This document shows positions 9,566 through 19,031 of a stretch of 64,000 nucleotides of DNA, piece after piece. Below the pieces are notes generated by a model. That model saw only the letters and a list, made by a program, of their open reading frames with translations. It searched no databases and was not told where the DNA came from. Both the position numbers and the translations under genes were made by a program. Numbering within the stretch: position 1 is the stretch's first letter; the number at the start of each line of letters is the position of its first letter. Location of the stretch: sequence record MN988522.1, one strand, 5' to 3'.

Positions 9566-10293
9566 GTCGAGCAAAATCACTGATCGACATGATTAAAGGA
9601 ACCAAGAACGAGTCTGGTGACGATGACGACGAAATCTCAAATCGTCGTCGTGGTGGTACTTGGATTGATCCTCATCATGTTGACGCAGCATCCAAGAATC
9701 TGAAGCGTACTCAGTCATTCTACAAGAAGGCTAGTAATGCTAGCTCAGTTGAAGATCAAGAGTATTGGTTAGCTCGAGTCTTTAACAAGAATGCTGTTGC
9801 TAAGAGAATCTCCTCTGGATTCTATAACAAGGAAGCTAAGGCAGGAGTCGTAGGCGTCGATGACGTTGAAGATCTGTCAGCATCTCTTGTTACAGGTAAT
9901 CCAAGAGCATCGGGTCGTGTTACGACTAAGGATCACACACGTAATCCTGAAGAGATCTTTGCTGCTAACCAGATCGTTAAAGCTCTCTACGATACGATTG
10001 ACAAGAAGTGGCCTGGACGTCCTCAGAACAAGATGGTTCTGACATACTTCCTCAAGGTCAATAAAGCTGATCATCTTATTAACTTTAAGCTTCCATACGA
10101 TGATCGTGTGGAAGAAATCATCTCTTCTATTGAGAAATATGCTAAAGACAATAACTCCAAGATTACTTGGACTACTCCTAAGCAGTTTCAGAATTTTTCA
10201 GGTATTGAAGACAGAATGTATGCAAAGGTCATGCAGTTCCTAGCAGATAATGCTGTAGAATTGGGTGCTCTTATCATTCGAGGTAAGAAATAA
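9562..10293 (+). CDS. Putative sigma-factor-like protein A, with candidate capsid-targeting N-terminus
   Basis: Paralog of 10736-11392 (shared EYW..VF..N and VL[TS]YF blocks); NPEEIFAANQIVKALYDTID...VLTYF resembles the sigma region 3-4 linker; starts MSRAKSLIDMI. Confidence 0.45.
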   Translation: MSRAKSLIDMIKGTKNESGDDDDEISNRRRGGTWIDPHHVDAASKNLKRTQSFYKKASNASSVEDQEYWLARVFNKNAVAKRISSGFYNKEAKAGVVGVDDVEDLSASLVTGNPRASGRVTTKDHTRNPEEIFAANQIVKALYDTIDKKWPGRPQNKMVLTYFLKVNKADHLINFKLPYDDRVEEIISSIEKYAKDNNSKITWTTPKQFQNFSGIEDRMYAKVMQFLADNAVELGALIIRGKK

Positions 10294-10640
10294 TGGACCA
10301 GAGAGTACTTGACGTTCTAGCTCAAGGATATATTAATCGTGAGCTTACACTACCAGCCGCTGATCTATCTAAGGCTGTTATTTATATTGTTAATTATCAT
10401 GTTAGACATAAGACAAGTGGACTGGCAGATCTAAAGACTGCTTATGGTAGTCCTGAGTCTTCTAATCTGGCAGTTAGGTTCTACTCTACAGGTCTATTTA
10501 ATGGTGTTGTAGATAATGATTCTAAGAGCTCAGATCTATTCTGGTCTCTATTCAATTCGATGACTACATCTCTGATGATTGAGTCCATCAATGAATCGTT
10601 AGCTGAATCCTCGAAAGAAGTTGAAGTGATCGCCGAATAA
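10293..10640 (+). CDS. Hypothetical protein with E-rich C-terminus
   Basis: Start overlaps the upstream stop (TAATG); ends MIESINESLAESSKEVEVIAE. Confidence 0.6.
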   Translation: MDQRVLDVLAQGYINRELTLPAADLSKAVIYIVNYHVRHKTSGLADLKTAYGSPESSNLAVRFYSTGLFNGVVDNDSKSSDLFWSLFNSMTTSLMIESINESLAESSKEVEVIAE

Positions 10641-10679
10641 AGGCGCTTACTTGTTGGGTAAATGGGTGCAGTTAGGCTC

Positions 10680-10711
10680 TTGGAGGGATTCTTATTCGGT
10701 GAGCCCTCCAA
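10680..10711 (+). promoter_or_regulatory. Intergenic hairpin upstream of sigma-like B
   Basis: TTGGAGGG / CCCTCCAA 8-bp inverted repeat, no U-tract. Confidence 0.4.
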
Positions 10712-10735
10712 GGCTTCCAGAAAGAGGGTAATGTA

Positions 10736-11392
10736 ATGGCTAGCGATAGACAGATGAAAGGTTACATCTGGGGAGAGCAAATCCTGGATCATGCTCACAT
10801 TGAGCATTATGCAAGGGCGATGAGATCCGATGATGTACGTACCGAGGAGTACTGGTACCAGGCAGTATTTCATGGGAAGAACCACTCTAAGGTTCTTCAG
10901 TCGGAAGTCTTTCATAAGAAAATCCGCAACAACGTTACAAATAAAGTAGAAGTTGAGACTCTGGTTTCTACTTCTAACTCTGACGTCGTTAATGATGTTC
11001 TAGCAGAGGAGAGAAAGAATGAAGTAAAATATTCTCGAGTTATCGAGGATGATAAGGTCGGTAATATGTCCGACTATCTTCCCGATGCAACTGTTGGGTT
11101 CTCAGTTATTATCAGAGAAATAGCTGACAAATGCAACGATGATGAAATCAAGGTCCTGAGCTACTTTGTATGTCAGGAACATCTGGATAATATCCTATTC
11201 GAGGGGAATTCGATTCATTCATCAAACGATCGCTTCAATCGTACGATCCTAGGTATCTGGGAAAAGAATGTGAAGAGCATCAATGATCTGAATCGATTTG
11301 TAGGTACTCGTGCTCGTGCTGATAAAGCTAGGTGGAGACTCTGCAATCTCTTGAAGAAGGAGTATCCTGAACTCTTGTCAGGAAAACGATGA
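10736..11392 (+). CDS. Putative sigma-factor-like protein B
   Basis: Paralog of 9562-10293; C-terminal KSINDLNRFVG..ADKARWRLCNLLKK resembles a region-4 HTH; located next to beta-prime. Confidence 0.5.
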   Translation: MASDRQMKGYIWGEQILDHAHIEHYARAMRSDDVRTEEYWYQAVFHGKNHSKVLQSEVFHKKIRNNVTNKVEVETLVSTSNSDVVNDVLAEERKNEVKYSRVIEDDKVGNMSDYLPDATVGFSVIIREIADKCNDDEIKVLSYFVCQEHLDNILFEGNSIHSSNDRFNRTILGIWEKNVKSINDLNRFVGTRARADKARWRLCNLLKKEYPELLSGKR

Positions 11393-11628
11393 GTCCATCT
11401 AACAAGCCCTATGACCCAAAGTTAGACACAATCATCTACGAAAATAGACATCCTGAAACGGGTTTGTGCATCTCGGTGCATAAATACGGAAGCAGTGAAC
11501 CGAAGATCAAGTTAGGTCCAAGAATCGTCGGTGACGACTCCAAACCTGTCTACTTGAAATTAGGTAGAATATCTATAAACGAGTTTTTGTGGATATCCGA
11601 GGTCCTAAAACCCTACGTTAAATCTTAG
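11389..11628 (+). CDS. PC4-like small ssDNA-binding/transcription cofactor
   Basis: YDPKLD...ISVHKYGSSEPKIKL...KLGRIS pattern typical of small PC4-fold proteins. Confidence 0.5.
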   Translation: MSPSNKPYDPKLDTIIYENRHPETGLCISVHKYGSSEPKIKLGPRIVGDDSKPVYLKLGRISINEFLWISEVLKPYVKS

Positions 11629-11640
11629 AGGATCTAAAAC

Positions 11641-14600
11641 ATGCAACTTTCTCTGAAGCCAGTCTCTCCAGAATCTGTACTCTTGACTTCACAAGGAGAG
11701 GTCAAGTCGTATGAGACTCTGAACTTCAAGACAGGTCTACCTGTTCGAGACGGTCTCTTGTGCCAGAAGGTATTCGGACCGATTAGAGACTACGTATGTG
11801 AATGCGGCAAGTACGATGGTAAGAAATACCAGGGACATACTTGTGAGAAGTGCGGTGTTACGGTAGCGAGTTCACGTGCTCGTACTGTGAGAATGGGTCA
11901 TATTGATCTTCAAGTTCCCATTCTTAATCCGTTGATGATCGAGTCGATCGAATCGATTATAGGTCTCCCATCCAGAAAGATGGAGGACTTTATGAAGAAC
12001 AAGATCTGCCTGAAATTTTCAGCATCTGGTACAGGTAATCTTGTTCGTAAGGACGGTACACGAGGTATCGCGTATTTTGTAGATCCTAAGGAATCTGATC
12101 CTCGATCTCCTACTCTGCAGCATACGAAGTCGTCTCTGGTTCTTTATGAACTCTTGACGGATCTCGATATTGAAGAGACGCTCAAAGTCAATGGATCCAA
12201 GATCCTGAAGACCTATGTGCAGAAGAACTTCCCTCTTTCTAATCTCTTCATTCGTTATCTACCGGTATCTCCAGCAGGATACCGTCCAGTCACTCGTATG
12301 AGAAACTACTATTCTCAGCATCCCAAGAATGACCTTTATCAGAAGATCATTCGACGTACTCTGCGAGTGAAGGAACTGGTTAATATCAATGCAGACTCAA
12401 TGATTCTTCAGGAAGAGGCAGGCATTCTGTATAAGTCTGTCGATCAACTCTTCACTGGAGGAGCTCGAGATGGCGATGGGAACCCTCTTCCTGGAACCAT
12501 TGAGAAGATGATGGGTAAGAGAGGTATTCTCCGAGGAAATCTTCTCGGTAAGCGTACCGACTACTCTGGACGTTCAGTTATCACTTCAGCAGGTGATCGT
12601 GTAGAAGTGGACCAGATTGGTCTACCTCGTAAGATGGCATACATCTTGTTTCGTCCTTTCATTCTCCGTTATCTGATGACGGAGTATCTGGATCATTATA
12701 CTGAAGCACTGAAGCACTACGAGAAGAAGACTGTTATCGCACTGAAGTCTCTCGAGATGGTAGCTAAGGATTATCCGATCATCATGAATCGTGCTCCTAC
12801 GCTTCATAGATACGGTGTAATGTCTTTCCGTACCAAGTTGGTAAATGGTAAGGCTATCCTCGTTCATCCGATTGTATGTTCTCCATTCAATGCAGACTTC
12901 GACGGAGATACTGTAGCTATCCACTTGCCTCTTTCAGCTAAGTCTGTTCAGGAGTGCAAAGATTATCTCATGCCTCAGAACAATCTCCTGTCTTCACTTG
13001 ATGGTGATCCGATCATCAATATGTCGCACGAGATGGTTATCGGTCTTGCTATCATGTCTCGTATTAAGGATCATGATAAGGGATTCGGTACATTCCGACG
13101 TATGGATGAGCTCGAGTATCTTCATACTGTCACCAATCCTCAGACTAGCCGTCCTACACTTGAGATCTACGATAGAATCAAGTGGAAAGATGAACGAGGA
13201 GTGACAGAGACGTGCTATGGTCGACTTCTTCTCGAGCAGACATTCAAGACCAAGAATCTTCCGAAGGACTTCTCTAAGAAGACTATTCGTCGGATGATCA
13301 GTGATGCGTACGACAAGCTTGGACCTGATGAACTGATTAAGGTACTGGATGTAGCTACTCAGCTTTCATTCAAGTATGCTACGAACTCTGGTTTCTCAGT
13401 TTCGATTGATGATTGTAAGGTACCTTCTACGAAACCTGCTAAGATTGCGAAAGCTAGAGAGCAGGAAGCTGAGAATTATCGTCAATTCGATAACAATGAA
13501 ATCAATCTTGCAGAGCGTCGAGAGAACAATATTCGTCTCTGGAACGATGTCTTTGAAGATCTTCATCACGATTGGATGAAAGAAGCAGGTGAGGACAATC
13601 CGGTAGTTCTTATGTATACTACTGGTGCTCGTGTTAGTAAGTCTCAGGTCAATCAGATCGGAGTCGCTAAGGGTCTTGTATCCAATGCACTCAATCAGAT
13701 CATCGAGAAGCCTATGGTTAACTCCTTCCGTGAAGGATTGTCGACGTTTGAGTACTTTGCATCTTGCTCTGGATCTCGTAAGTCCATGGCAGACAAGAAG
13801 AATCTGACTCCCAAGTCTGGTTATCTTACACGTCGAATGATTACTGCTAGCCGAGATTTCTTCATTAATTCAGATGATTGTGGTACCGATAAGGGTATCA
13901 TGCGTACGATGAAGTCCTCGTATGGACGTTATCGTTGCGACAATGGTGAGATGATTGGTACGAACAATAGTGAAGAACTCGTTAAGGTTCGTAGTCCGAT
14001 TCATTGTGAGTCGCATGGTGGTATCTGCGTTAAGTGCTACGGTATTGATCCTGCTAAGCGTAAGATCGTCACGAAGGGGTCCAACGTAGGAGCTATTGCA
14101 GCTCACTCGTTGACTGAATCTACAACTCAGATGACGATGCGTACCTTCCATACATCTGGTGCAGTCGTTCTGAAGGATAGTCCGATGGTCATTACTGCCC
14201 AGAAGGATGGTAAGATCAGCTGGGATACTCTTCATCCTGTCTACAGCAAGATTCATGTTGTTGCAGATATGGAAGATTGGGATACACCTCTCAATGATCG
14301 ATTGACGTATACAGTTCATAACAAGATGTCTCGCATTCTTGTTAAGGATGGTCAGTCTGTCAAGAAGGGTGATCCTCTAGCGATCTACGTTGATGAAGAT
14401 CTTGAGAGCGACGACGTCAGTGGATCGCTCCCTAAGATTGAATCTCTGTATGAAGGTCGAGTACCTCCGAAAGCGTACAAGTCAGTTATCTCGAAGGTAG
14501 CTGGTAAGATTGGTATTAACATCGGAGATGAAGGTCTTAAGATCTTCGTTGATGGTGAATACCAAGGTACTGCTCATCCTAAGACTCCGGTATTCGTTGC

Positions 14601-15024
14601 TCAAGGTCAGTATGTTGAAGCTGGTCAGACTCTCTCGTTTGGTTCTCCAGACGTAGTAGGTTTGTTCAAGGAGACAAAGGATCTTGATCTCGCTTACAAG
14701 GTCTTTGAGAAGACTCTGATGGATATCTACAATAAGGAAGGTCTCCAGCCAGTACCAACTCATTCGGAGATGATCTTCAGAGCGATGTCTAATCTGGTAT
14801 ACACCGAGAGTGGTCCTTATGGTCTTCGATCCCATGGAGACAAGGGTAGCATTATGCTGAAGGGTATTACTCAGATTGGTGCGAATCATCCGTCCTGGTT
14901 GAAGTCAATCGGATTCGGATGGGTAGCTCAGACGATCAGAACTTCTGCTGTGAATCTTGCTACCACGTACGATCTTCCTACCGAACGTCTGATGTCTGGT
15001 GAATTGATTTACGAGGATAAATAA
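11641..15024 (+). CDS. rpoC: DNA-directed RNA polymerase beta-prime subunit, unsplit, bacterial type
   Basis: Zn ribbon DGLLCQKVFGP..CECGKY..CEKCGV..RMGHI; GNLLGKRTDYSGRSVI; NRAPTLHR; catalytic NADFDGD at 12889-12909; bridge helix TPKSGYLTRR; trigger loop TQMTMRTFHTSG. Confidence 0.97.
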   Translation: MQLSLKPVSPESVLLTSQGEVKSYETLNFKTGLPVRDGLLCQKVFGPIRDYVCECGKYDGKKYQGHTCEKCGVTVASSRARTVRMGHIDLQVPILNPLMIESIESIIGLPSRKMEDFMKNKICLKFSASGTGNLVRKDGTRGIAYFVDPKESDPRSPTLQHTKSSLVLYELLTDLDIEETLKVNGSKILKTYVQKNFPLSNLFIRYLPVSPAGYRPVTRMRNYYSQHPKNDLYQKIIRRTLRVKELVNINADSMILQEEAGILYKSVDQLFTGGARDGDGNPLPGTIEKMMGKRGILRGNLLGKRTDYSGRSVITSAGDRVEVDQIGLPRKMAYILFRPFILRYLMTEYLDHYTEALKHYEKKTVIALKSLEMVAKDYPIIMNRAPTLHRYGVMSFRTKLVNGKAILVHPIVCSPFNADFDGDTVAIHLPLSAKSVQECKDYLMPQNNLLSSLDGDPIINMSHEMVIGLAIMSRIKDHDKGFGTFRRMDELEYLHTVTNPQTSRPTLEIYDRIKWKDERGVTETCYGRLLLEQTFKTKNLPKDFSKKTIRRMISDAYDKLGPDELIKVLDVATQLSFKYATNSGFSVSIDDCKVPSTKPAKIAKAREQEAENYRQFDNNEINLAERRENNIRLWNDVFEDLHHDWMKEAGEDNPVVLMYTTGARVSKSQVNQIGVAKGLVSNALNQIIEKPMVNSFREGLSTFEYFASCSGSRKSMADKKNLTPKSGYLTRRMITASRDFFINSDDCGTDKGIMRTMKSSYGRYRCDNGEMIGTNNSEELVKVRSPIHCESHGGICVKCYGIDPAKRKIVTKGSNVGAIAAHSLTESTTQMTMRTFHTSGAVVLKDSPMVITAQKDGKISWDTLHPVYSKIHVVADMEDWDTPLNDRLTYTVHNKMSRILVKDGQSVKKGDPLAIYVDEDLESDDVSGSLPKIESLYEGRVPPKAYKSVISKVAGKIGINIGDEGLKIFVDGEYQGTAHPKTPVFVAQGQYVEAGQTLSFGSPDVVGLFKETKDLDLAYKVFEKTLMDIYNKEGLQPVPTHSEMIFRAMSNLVYTESGPYGLRSHGDKGSIMLKGITQIGANHPSWLKSIGFGWVAQTIRTSAVNLATTYDLPTERLMSGELIYEDK

Positions 15025-15027
15025 AGG

Positions 15028-15225
15028 ATGCAAGACCTATCTCAACTATGTGAAGTTGAGATGGAGAAGTTAGTTGAAATACTAATGAGATCGACTCACT
15101 TGACACTCGACGGTGTTGAGCTGAGTCGATCTCATGAATATCATAATAGCCCATCTGTCTCTACAATTAAAACTCATAAAGTCCTTGATGACTCATACAT
15201 TACAGTTAGACTGAAATATGTATAA
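15028..15225 (+). CDS. Hypothetical protein
   Basis: Starts 3 nt after the rpoC stop and overlaps the next gene; no motif recognised. Confidence 0.5.
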   Translation: MQDLSQLCEVEMEKLVEILMRSTHLTLDGVELSRSHEYHNSPSVSTIKTHKVLDDSYITVRLKYV

Positions 15226-15931
15226 CTTGCAATACGATGATGGAATTCTTAAATCAAATAGGGAGTCTCTCGTAAACATACGAGCTCCATTCTTCAAACG
15301 GATTGATCGACGATCTCGCAAGTCGTCCATCGAGAGATTAATGATCTCACCTGATACAACAAGAAATTGTAGTCAGATTAAGAGATTTCTCGTTCCGTTC
15401 AACGATAAGTACTTGTACAGCATGCATGTGACTTATCGTGACGACTTAAAGTGTCAATCTATTTATGACACTAACAAGTCTCTCAAGCGAATCCTCCGAT
15501 CTAAAATGTTAATGTCAGCTGTGAACAGGATAAATGAGTATCCTCAACTCAAAGCAGACATATTGTCTGTAATCAAGCTTGTAGTTAATTCTTGGGAGTT
15601 TGATGGTCTTATCACAGACATTGAATGGCTCCAGGATGAAAATCTACTGGATACTGTGATATCTAAGTGGAAACTGAAGAAGTACGAATCCTCTACAGAG
15701 CGAGGGTCAGTGATCAATCTCTTAATAAAGAGTTTTGATGGAGTTCCACTTAATCTTCTATCTCATCTAGAGATGAAGAAAATCAGTATTGAGGATACTG
15801 ACATTGAGGACGTTAAGTTTAAATGTCCTCTGATATTAATGCGATCGAATTCATCTTGTGCAGGATTCATATCTAAGTCCTTGGATAAAGGACTACCTGT
15901 GAGTCTGTTCAAGATTGATATAAAAGAGTAA
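15218..15931 (+). CDS. Hypothetical protein
   Basis: 237-aa ORF filling the space to the terminator. Confidence 0.65.
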   Translation: MYNLQYDDGILKSNRESLVNIRAPFFKRIDRRSRKSSIERLMISPDTTRNCSQIKRFLVPFNDKYLYSMHVTYRDDLKCQSIYDTNKSLKRILRSKMLMSAVNRINEYPQLKADILSVIKLVVNSWEFDGLITDIEWLQDENLLDTVISKWKLKKYESSTERGSVINLLIKSFDGVPLNLLSHLEMKKISIEDTDIEDVKFKCPLILMRSNSSCAGFISKSLDKGLPVSLFKIDIKE

Positions 15932-15988
15932 AAATAAAGGCCACTAGGCGGGACCCTTCTCGGAGGATTCACCTAGTGGCCTATTTTT
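15930..15988. terminator. Bidirectional intrinsic terminator between convergent modules
   Basis: AGGCCACTAGG (15938-15948) / CCTAGTGGCCT (15972-15982) stem, with an A-tract on the left and a T-tract on the right. Confidence 0.85.
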
Positions 15989-15993
15989 GTGTC

Positions 15994-16248
15994 TTATGGA
16001 AGAAGTGGTACGAAACTCTTCAGCTTATTGTACACATCATCCTGCTTACCCATTTCAGTCGAATACTTATCAAGAATCGTCTGATTATCTGGGAATTCAT
16101 TACCTTGATTAGCTACCCAGTCGACATAATCATGCCAATCCTGGTCATCGTGAAGATCACGATGCTGCTTAATCAGATTTGCATATTCAGCATCTGTGAA
16201 TTCATGCAATGATGAAAGCTTCTCAAGAATGTCTTTAGCTCTACTCAT
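15994..16248 (-). CDS. Small acidic protein with candidate capsid-targeting N-terminus
   Basis: GGAG-6nt-ATG at 16248 gives MSRAKDILEKLSSLHE. Confidence 0.7.
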   Translation of the reverse strand: MSRAKDILEKLSSLHEFTDAEYANLIKQHRDLHDDQDWHDYVDWVANQGNEFPDNQTILDKYSTEMGKQDDVYNKLKSFVPLLP

Positions 16249-16259
16249 ATTAATCTCCG

Positions 16260-16715
16260 TCAAGCTACTACAGCGAGTTCATTACTTGGTACTTCATGAA
16301 CGTCACCATCGACTTCGATCATGCAGATTTCACCGTTCACTTTAAGAACAGTGCCTGTACCGTGAACTGATTCAACAGTGTTATTAAGAAGGATCTCACG
16401 ACCATTCTTATCTTCGCATTCGATGAATGCTCTCTGACCATTGTCAGGAGTGTAATCAGGAGCTTTACCTGTTACGCCATCTGCATTCACATTGTTCCAG
16501 TGACCGTATGCGTCAAAGTATAGTACGTCGAGATCCGAACTATCTTGGAACTTGTCACGTTCAGCCATAGCATCCTTGAAAGGCATTGCTAGAGGACCTA
16601 GGATAACTTTATTGTTGGTACGATTAACAATGTACGTACCAATGCGTTTACTGGTATCTTCGTCGATACCTGTGATCTTTGACAGATCACTAATCAGACC
16701 TGATGCTCTGCTCAT
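16260..16715 (-). CDS. Hypothetical protein with candidate capsid-targeting N-terminus
   Basis: AAGGA SD; begins MSRASGLISDL; small beta-barrel-like C-terminus. Confidence 0.7.
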   Translation of the reverse strand: MSRASGLISDLSKITGIDEDTSKRIGTYIVNRTNNKVILGPLAMPFKDAMAERDKFQDSSDLDVLYFDAYGHWNNVNADGVTGKAPDYTPDNGQRAFIECEDKNGREILLNNTVESVHGTGTVLKVNGEICMIEVDGDVHEVPSNELAVVA

Positions 16716-16743
16716 ATTAAATATCCTTGTTAGCGTTTATGAC

Positions 16744-17043
16744 TTAGAGACCAGCAGCCTTGCGCTTTCTCATAGTCATTTGACGCTTACGAGAGATAGC
16801 AGCTTGCTGTCCTCTCTTCTTACGAGCACCCATCTTCGCAGCCTTACGCTTAGCGATGATCTCACCGGCACTCATCTTGACGCAAGTCTTACCATCAATC
16901 TTGTAACCTGGAGGGCAATCAAGAATAACACTCTTGGCTCCACCTCTGAATGTTACTTTCTTCTTAGGAGCAGCTTCACTAGCTGGAATAGAAGACTCAT
17001 AGTAAGCATCAATTTTAGTGATCAAATCTGCAGATTTAGACAT
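16744..17043 (-). CDS. Prohead core protein, T4 gp68-like
   Basis: KKVTFRGG..CPPGYK..RKAAKMGARKKR..RKRQMTMRKRKAAGL matches the gp68 pattern; start taken at MSKSADLITKI (17043). Confidence 0.65.
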   Translation of the reverse strand: MSKSADLITKIDAYYESSIPASEAAPKKKVTFRGGAKSVILDCPPGYKIDGKTCVKMSAGEIIAKRKAAKMGARKKRGQQAAISRKRQMTMRKRKAAGL

Positions 17044-17111
17044 AATGTACATCCATTTTAGTTTATTTAATGAGGATTATCACTTTACACAATTATAAAG
17101 TGTGCACAAAG

Positions 17112-17140
17112 AGGAAGGCTTATGTCGCCTTCCTTCGCTG
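17112..17140 (-). promoter_or_regulatory. Bipartite motif copy 2, overlapping a terminator-like hairpin
   Basis: Minus strand reads (ATT)CAGCGAA-GGAAGGCGACAT-AAGCCTTCCT; AGGAAGGC/GCCTTCCT also forms an 8-bp stem just after the SGNH gene. Confidence 0.6.
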
Positions 17141-17155
17141 AATCCTTAGCTTTAT

Positions 17156-19000
17156 TTACGTTATTAACTTATTCTTCTCACTAGCAGGTATCCCATTAGC
17201 GATTCGATCCATCATTATAGGATACGGATGAACACCATCTTGTGTAACACTAGGTCGTACAATAGATCCTACAGGTAAAATTGCAGCACGTGGAATTGAG
17301 AGTATAAGAGTATTTCCACTAACACTTAGAATAGTAGTCGTAGATAGTCTAGCAATTCCATCAGGCGCTGCATAAGTATTGATTTCTTGTTCTCCTCTAA
17401 ACAAGTTAGCATTAGCAACTTGAATAGATGAATAAGTTTCTACTCCATCAGTACCAGCTTGGACAGTGACAGTTGTGCTAGGTAGTTCTAACGTACCTGG
17501 CCATGCACCACCCTTTACACTTGATACCCATGCGTAATAAGTATCAATAGAATCATCGCAACATGATGATGTCTTTGCTAAGATATCATTTCTCAGGCGC
17601 CATTTACCACTATTGTCTGTTCCATCAGCAGGCCATGAATTCTGAGATGAGTATGTCTGGAATTCTGCCTGAAGATATAGATTACTAGCAGTGATCGACC
17701 CTGTAGCAGGAGTCGTAGCAGACCCTGCAAAGTTATAAGTGAAACTATTTGGACCTGTGACTGTTATAATCACATTACCATTGTACTCAGTTTGAGTAGC
17801 TCCACCAATCGTAACTGTTTGACCTGTTACAAGTCCGTTAGTACCAGAAGCGATAGCCGCAGTTACAACAGTTCCTACAGATGTCAATGTGACAGTACGT
17901 GTAGTCACTGTACGACCGAGAGGGGTCGTCGCAACGATCTTAACACCTGGATAACGTGCACGTAGTCTGGTAACCAAGCTGCGGTAATTGGTATTGAAGA
18001 ATGTCGTATAAACTGTACTAGTATCATTCTGACCCATCTGATTCAAGATAACAGTAAAAGGTTTCTTATTGTTATTGAATGCAGTGATTTCATCAAGAAT
18101 TGCCCATCGACGAGTAGCAATCGTACTACCACTACCTGTAAGTTCGAGTACAGAGTGTGATCCTGGCATACCAATCATAAAGTGAGGAAGACGTCCAATA
18201 CCGTCTGCTTTATCTAGCCATCTACGTAACCATCCTAAGTTACCTCGAGCATCAGCACCTGCACTATATTCTTGACGAGCTTCACCGATACTATCAACGA
18301 CTGCTAGTACTACAGGTCGACCATCCCAGTCACCTTTAGCAACCATAAAATCAGGACCGTAGTATGCTGGTTGAGTTACTAGAATGTAATTTATATCGAG
18401 TGATGCAGTGCAGTCTGCAAGTGGTGTATCTTTATAAGCTAGAAGTGTATTGAGATCACTAGCGCCCCATATTCTTTCACCACGATGTTTCTGAATACGA
18501 TATACTGGCCAGACTTTCTCACCTACTGCAGTATGATAGAAAGTCCAAATTTCCATCTCACTTTCAGGAGCAACATCGCGTAGAACTAATTCATCCGTCC
18601 ATGCACCATTACTCTGGTCAGCAATTGTTATAGTATCTAGACCTGAGAACTTGCACTGATAGAATACGCCAGCAACTTTGATAAACAAAGCATCGACTAC
18701 TACAGAGTTACCAGGAGTACCAATTGTACCAGTTACAACTGTTTCTTGAGGTGAATTTCCACCTTCTGTTGCAGCGAATCCAGATAGATGGAATTTGAAT
18801 GAACGTGTTGCATATGAAGGAGTATTTACAATAATCTTACTGCAAAGATAGTTCGTGCCAGATGCTGCTGTAACTAAGTTACCAGATGGTACACGATTTC
18901 TAGTTGCAAAGAACATATAGCGACTAGGATCAACTGGACGAGCTCTTCGTCCATTAAATGCAGTATTAACAATTTTTAATGATTTTTTGGATATAGCCAT
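17156..19000 (-). CDS. SGNH/GDSL hydrolase-domain virion-associated protein
   Basis: Block I VVDSIG, block III GQND, block V DGVHP; a beta-rich domain is inserted in the fold. Confidence 0.75.
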   Translation of the reverse strand: MAISKKSLKIVNTAFNGRRARPVDPSRYMFFATRNRVPSGNLVTAASGTNYLCSKIIVNTPSYATRSFKFHLSGFAATEGGNSPQETVVTGTIGTPGNSVVVDALFIKVAGVFYQCKFSGLDTITIADQSNGAWTDELVLRDVAPESEMEIWTFYHTAVGEKVWPVYRIQKHRGERIWGASDLNTLLAYKDTPLADCTASLDINYILVTQPAYYGPDFMVAKGDWDGRPVVLAVVDSIGEARQEYSAGADARGNLGWLRRWLDKADGIGRLPHFMIGMPGSHSVLELTGSGSTIATRRWAILDEITAFNNNKKPFTVILNQMGQNDTSTVYTTFFNTNYRSLVTRLRARYPGVKIVATTPLGRTVTTRTVTLTSVGTVVTAAIASGTNGLVTGQTVTIGGATQTEYNGNVIITVTGPNSFTYNFAGSATTPATGSITASNLYLQAEFQTYSSQNSWPADGTDNSGKWRLRNDILAKTSSCCDDSIDTYYAWVSSVKGGAWPGTLELPSTTVTVQAGTDGVETYSSIQVANANLFRGEQEINTYAAPDGIARLSTTTILSVSGNTLILSIPRAAILPVGSIVRPSVTQDGVHPYPIMMDRIANGIPASEKNKLIT

Positions 19001-19031
19001 AACATCAACTCTCAGATTTATCCATGATTAC

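Noticed and set aside
10694-10719. Degenerate motif-like ATTCGGTGAG...AAGGCTTCCA upstream of sigma-like B
   Set aside because: Several mismatches and a 6-nt rather than 12-nt spacer; better explained by the local hairpin.
11641-15024. phiKZ-like nucleus-forming phage
   Set aside because: Beta-prime is unsplit, the structural module is T4-like, and no chimallin or PhuZ gene is recognisable in this window.
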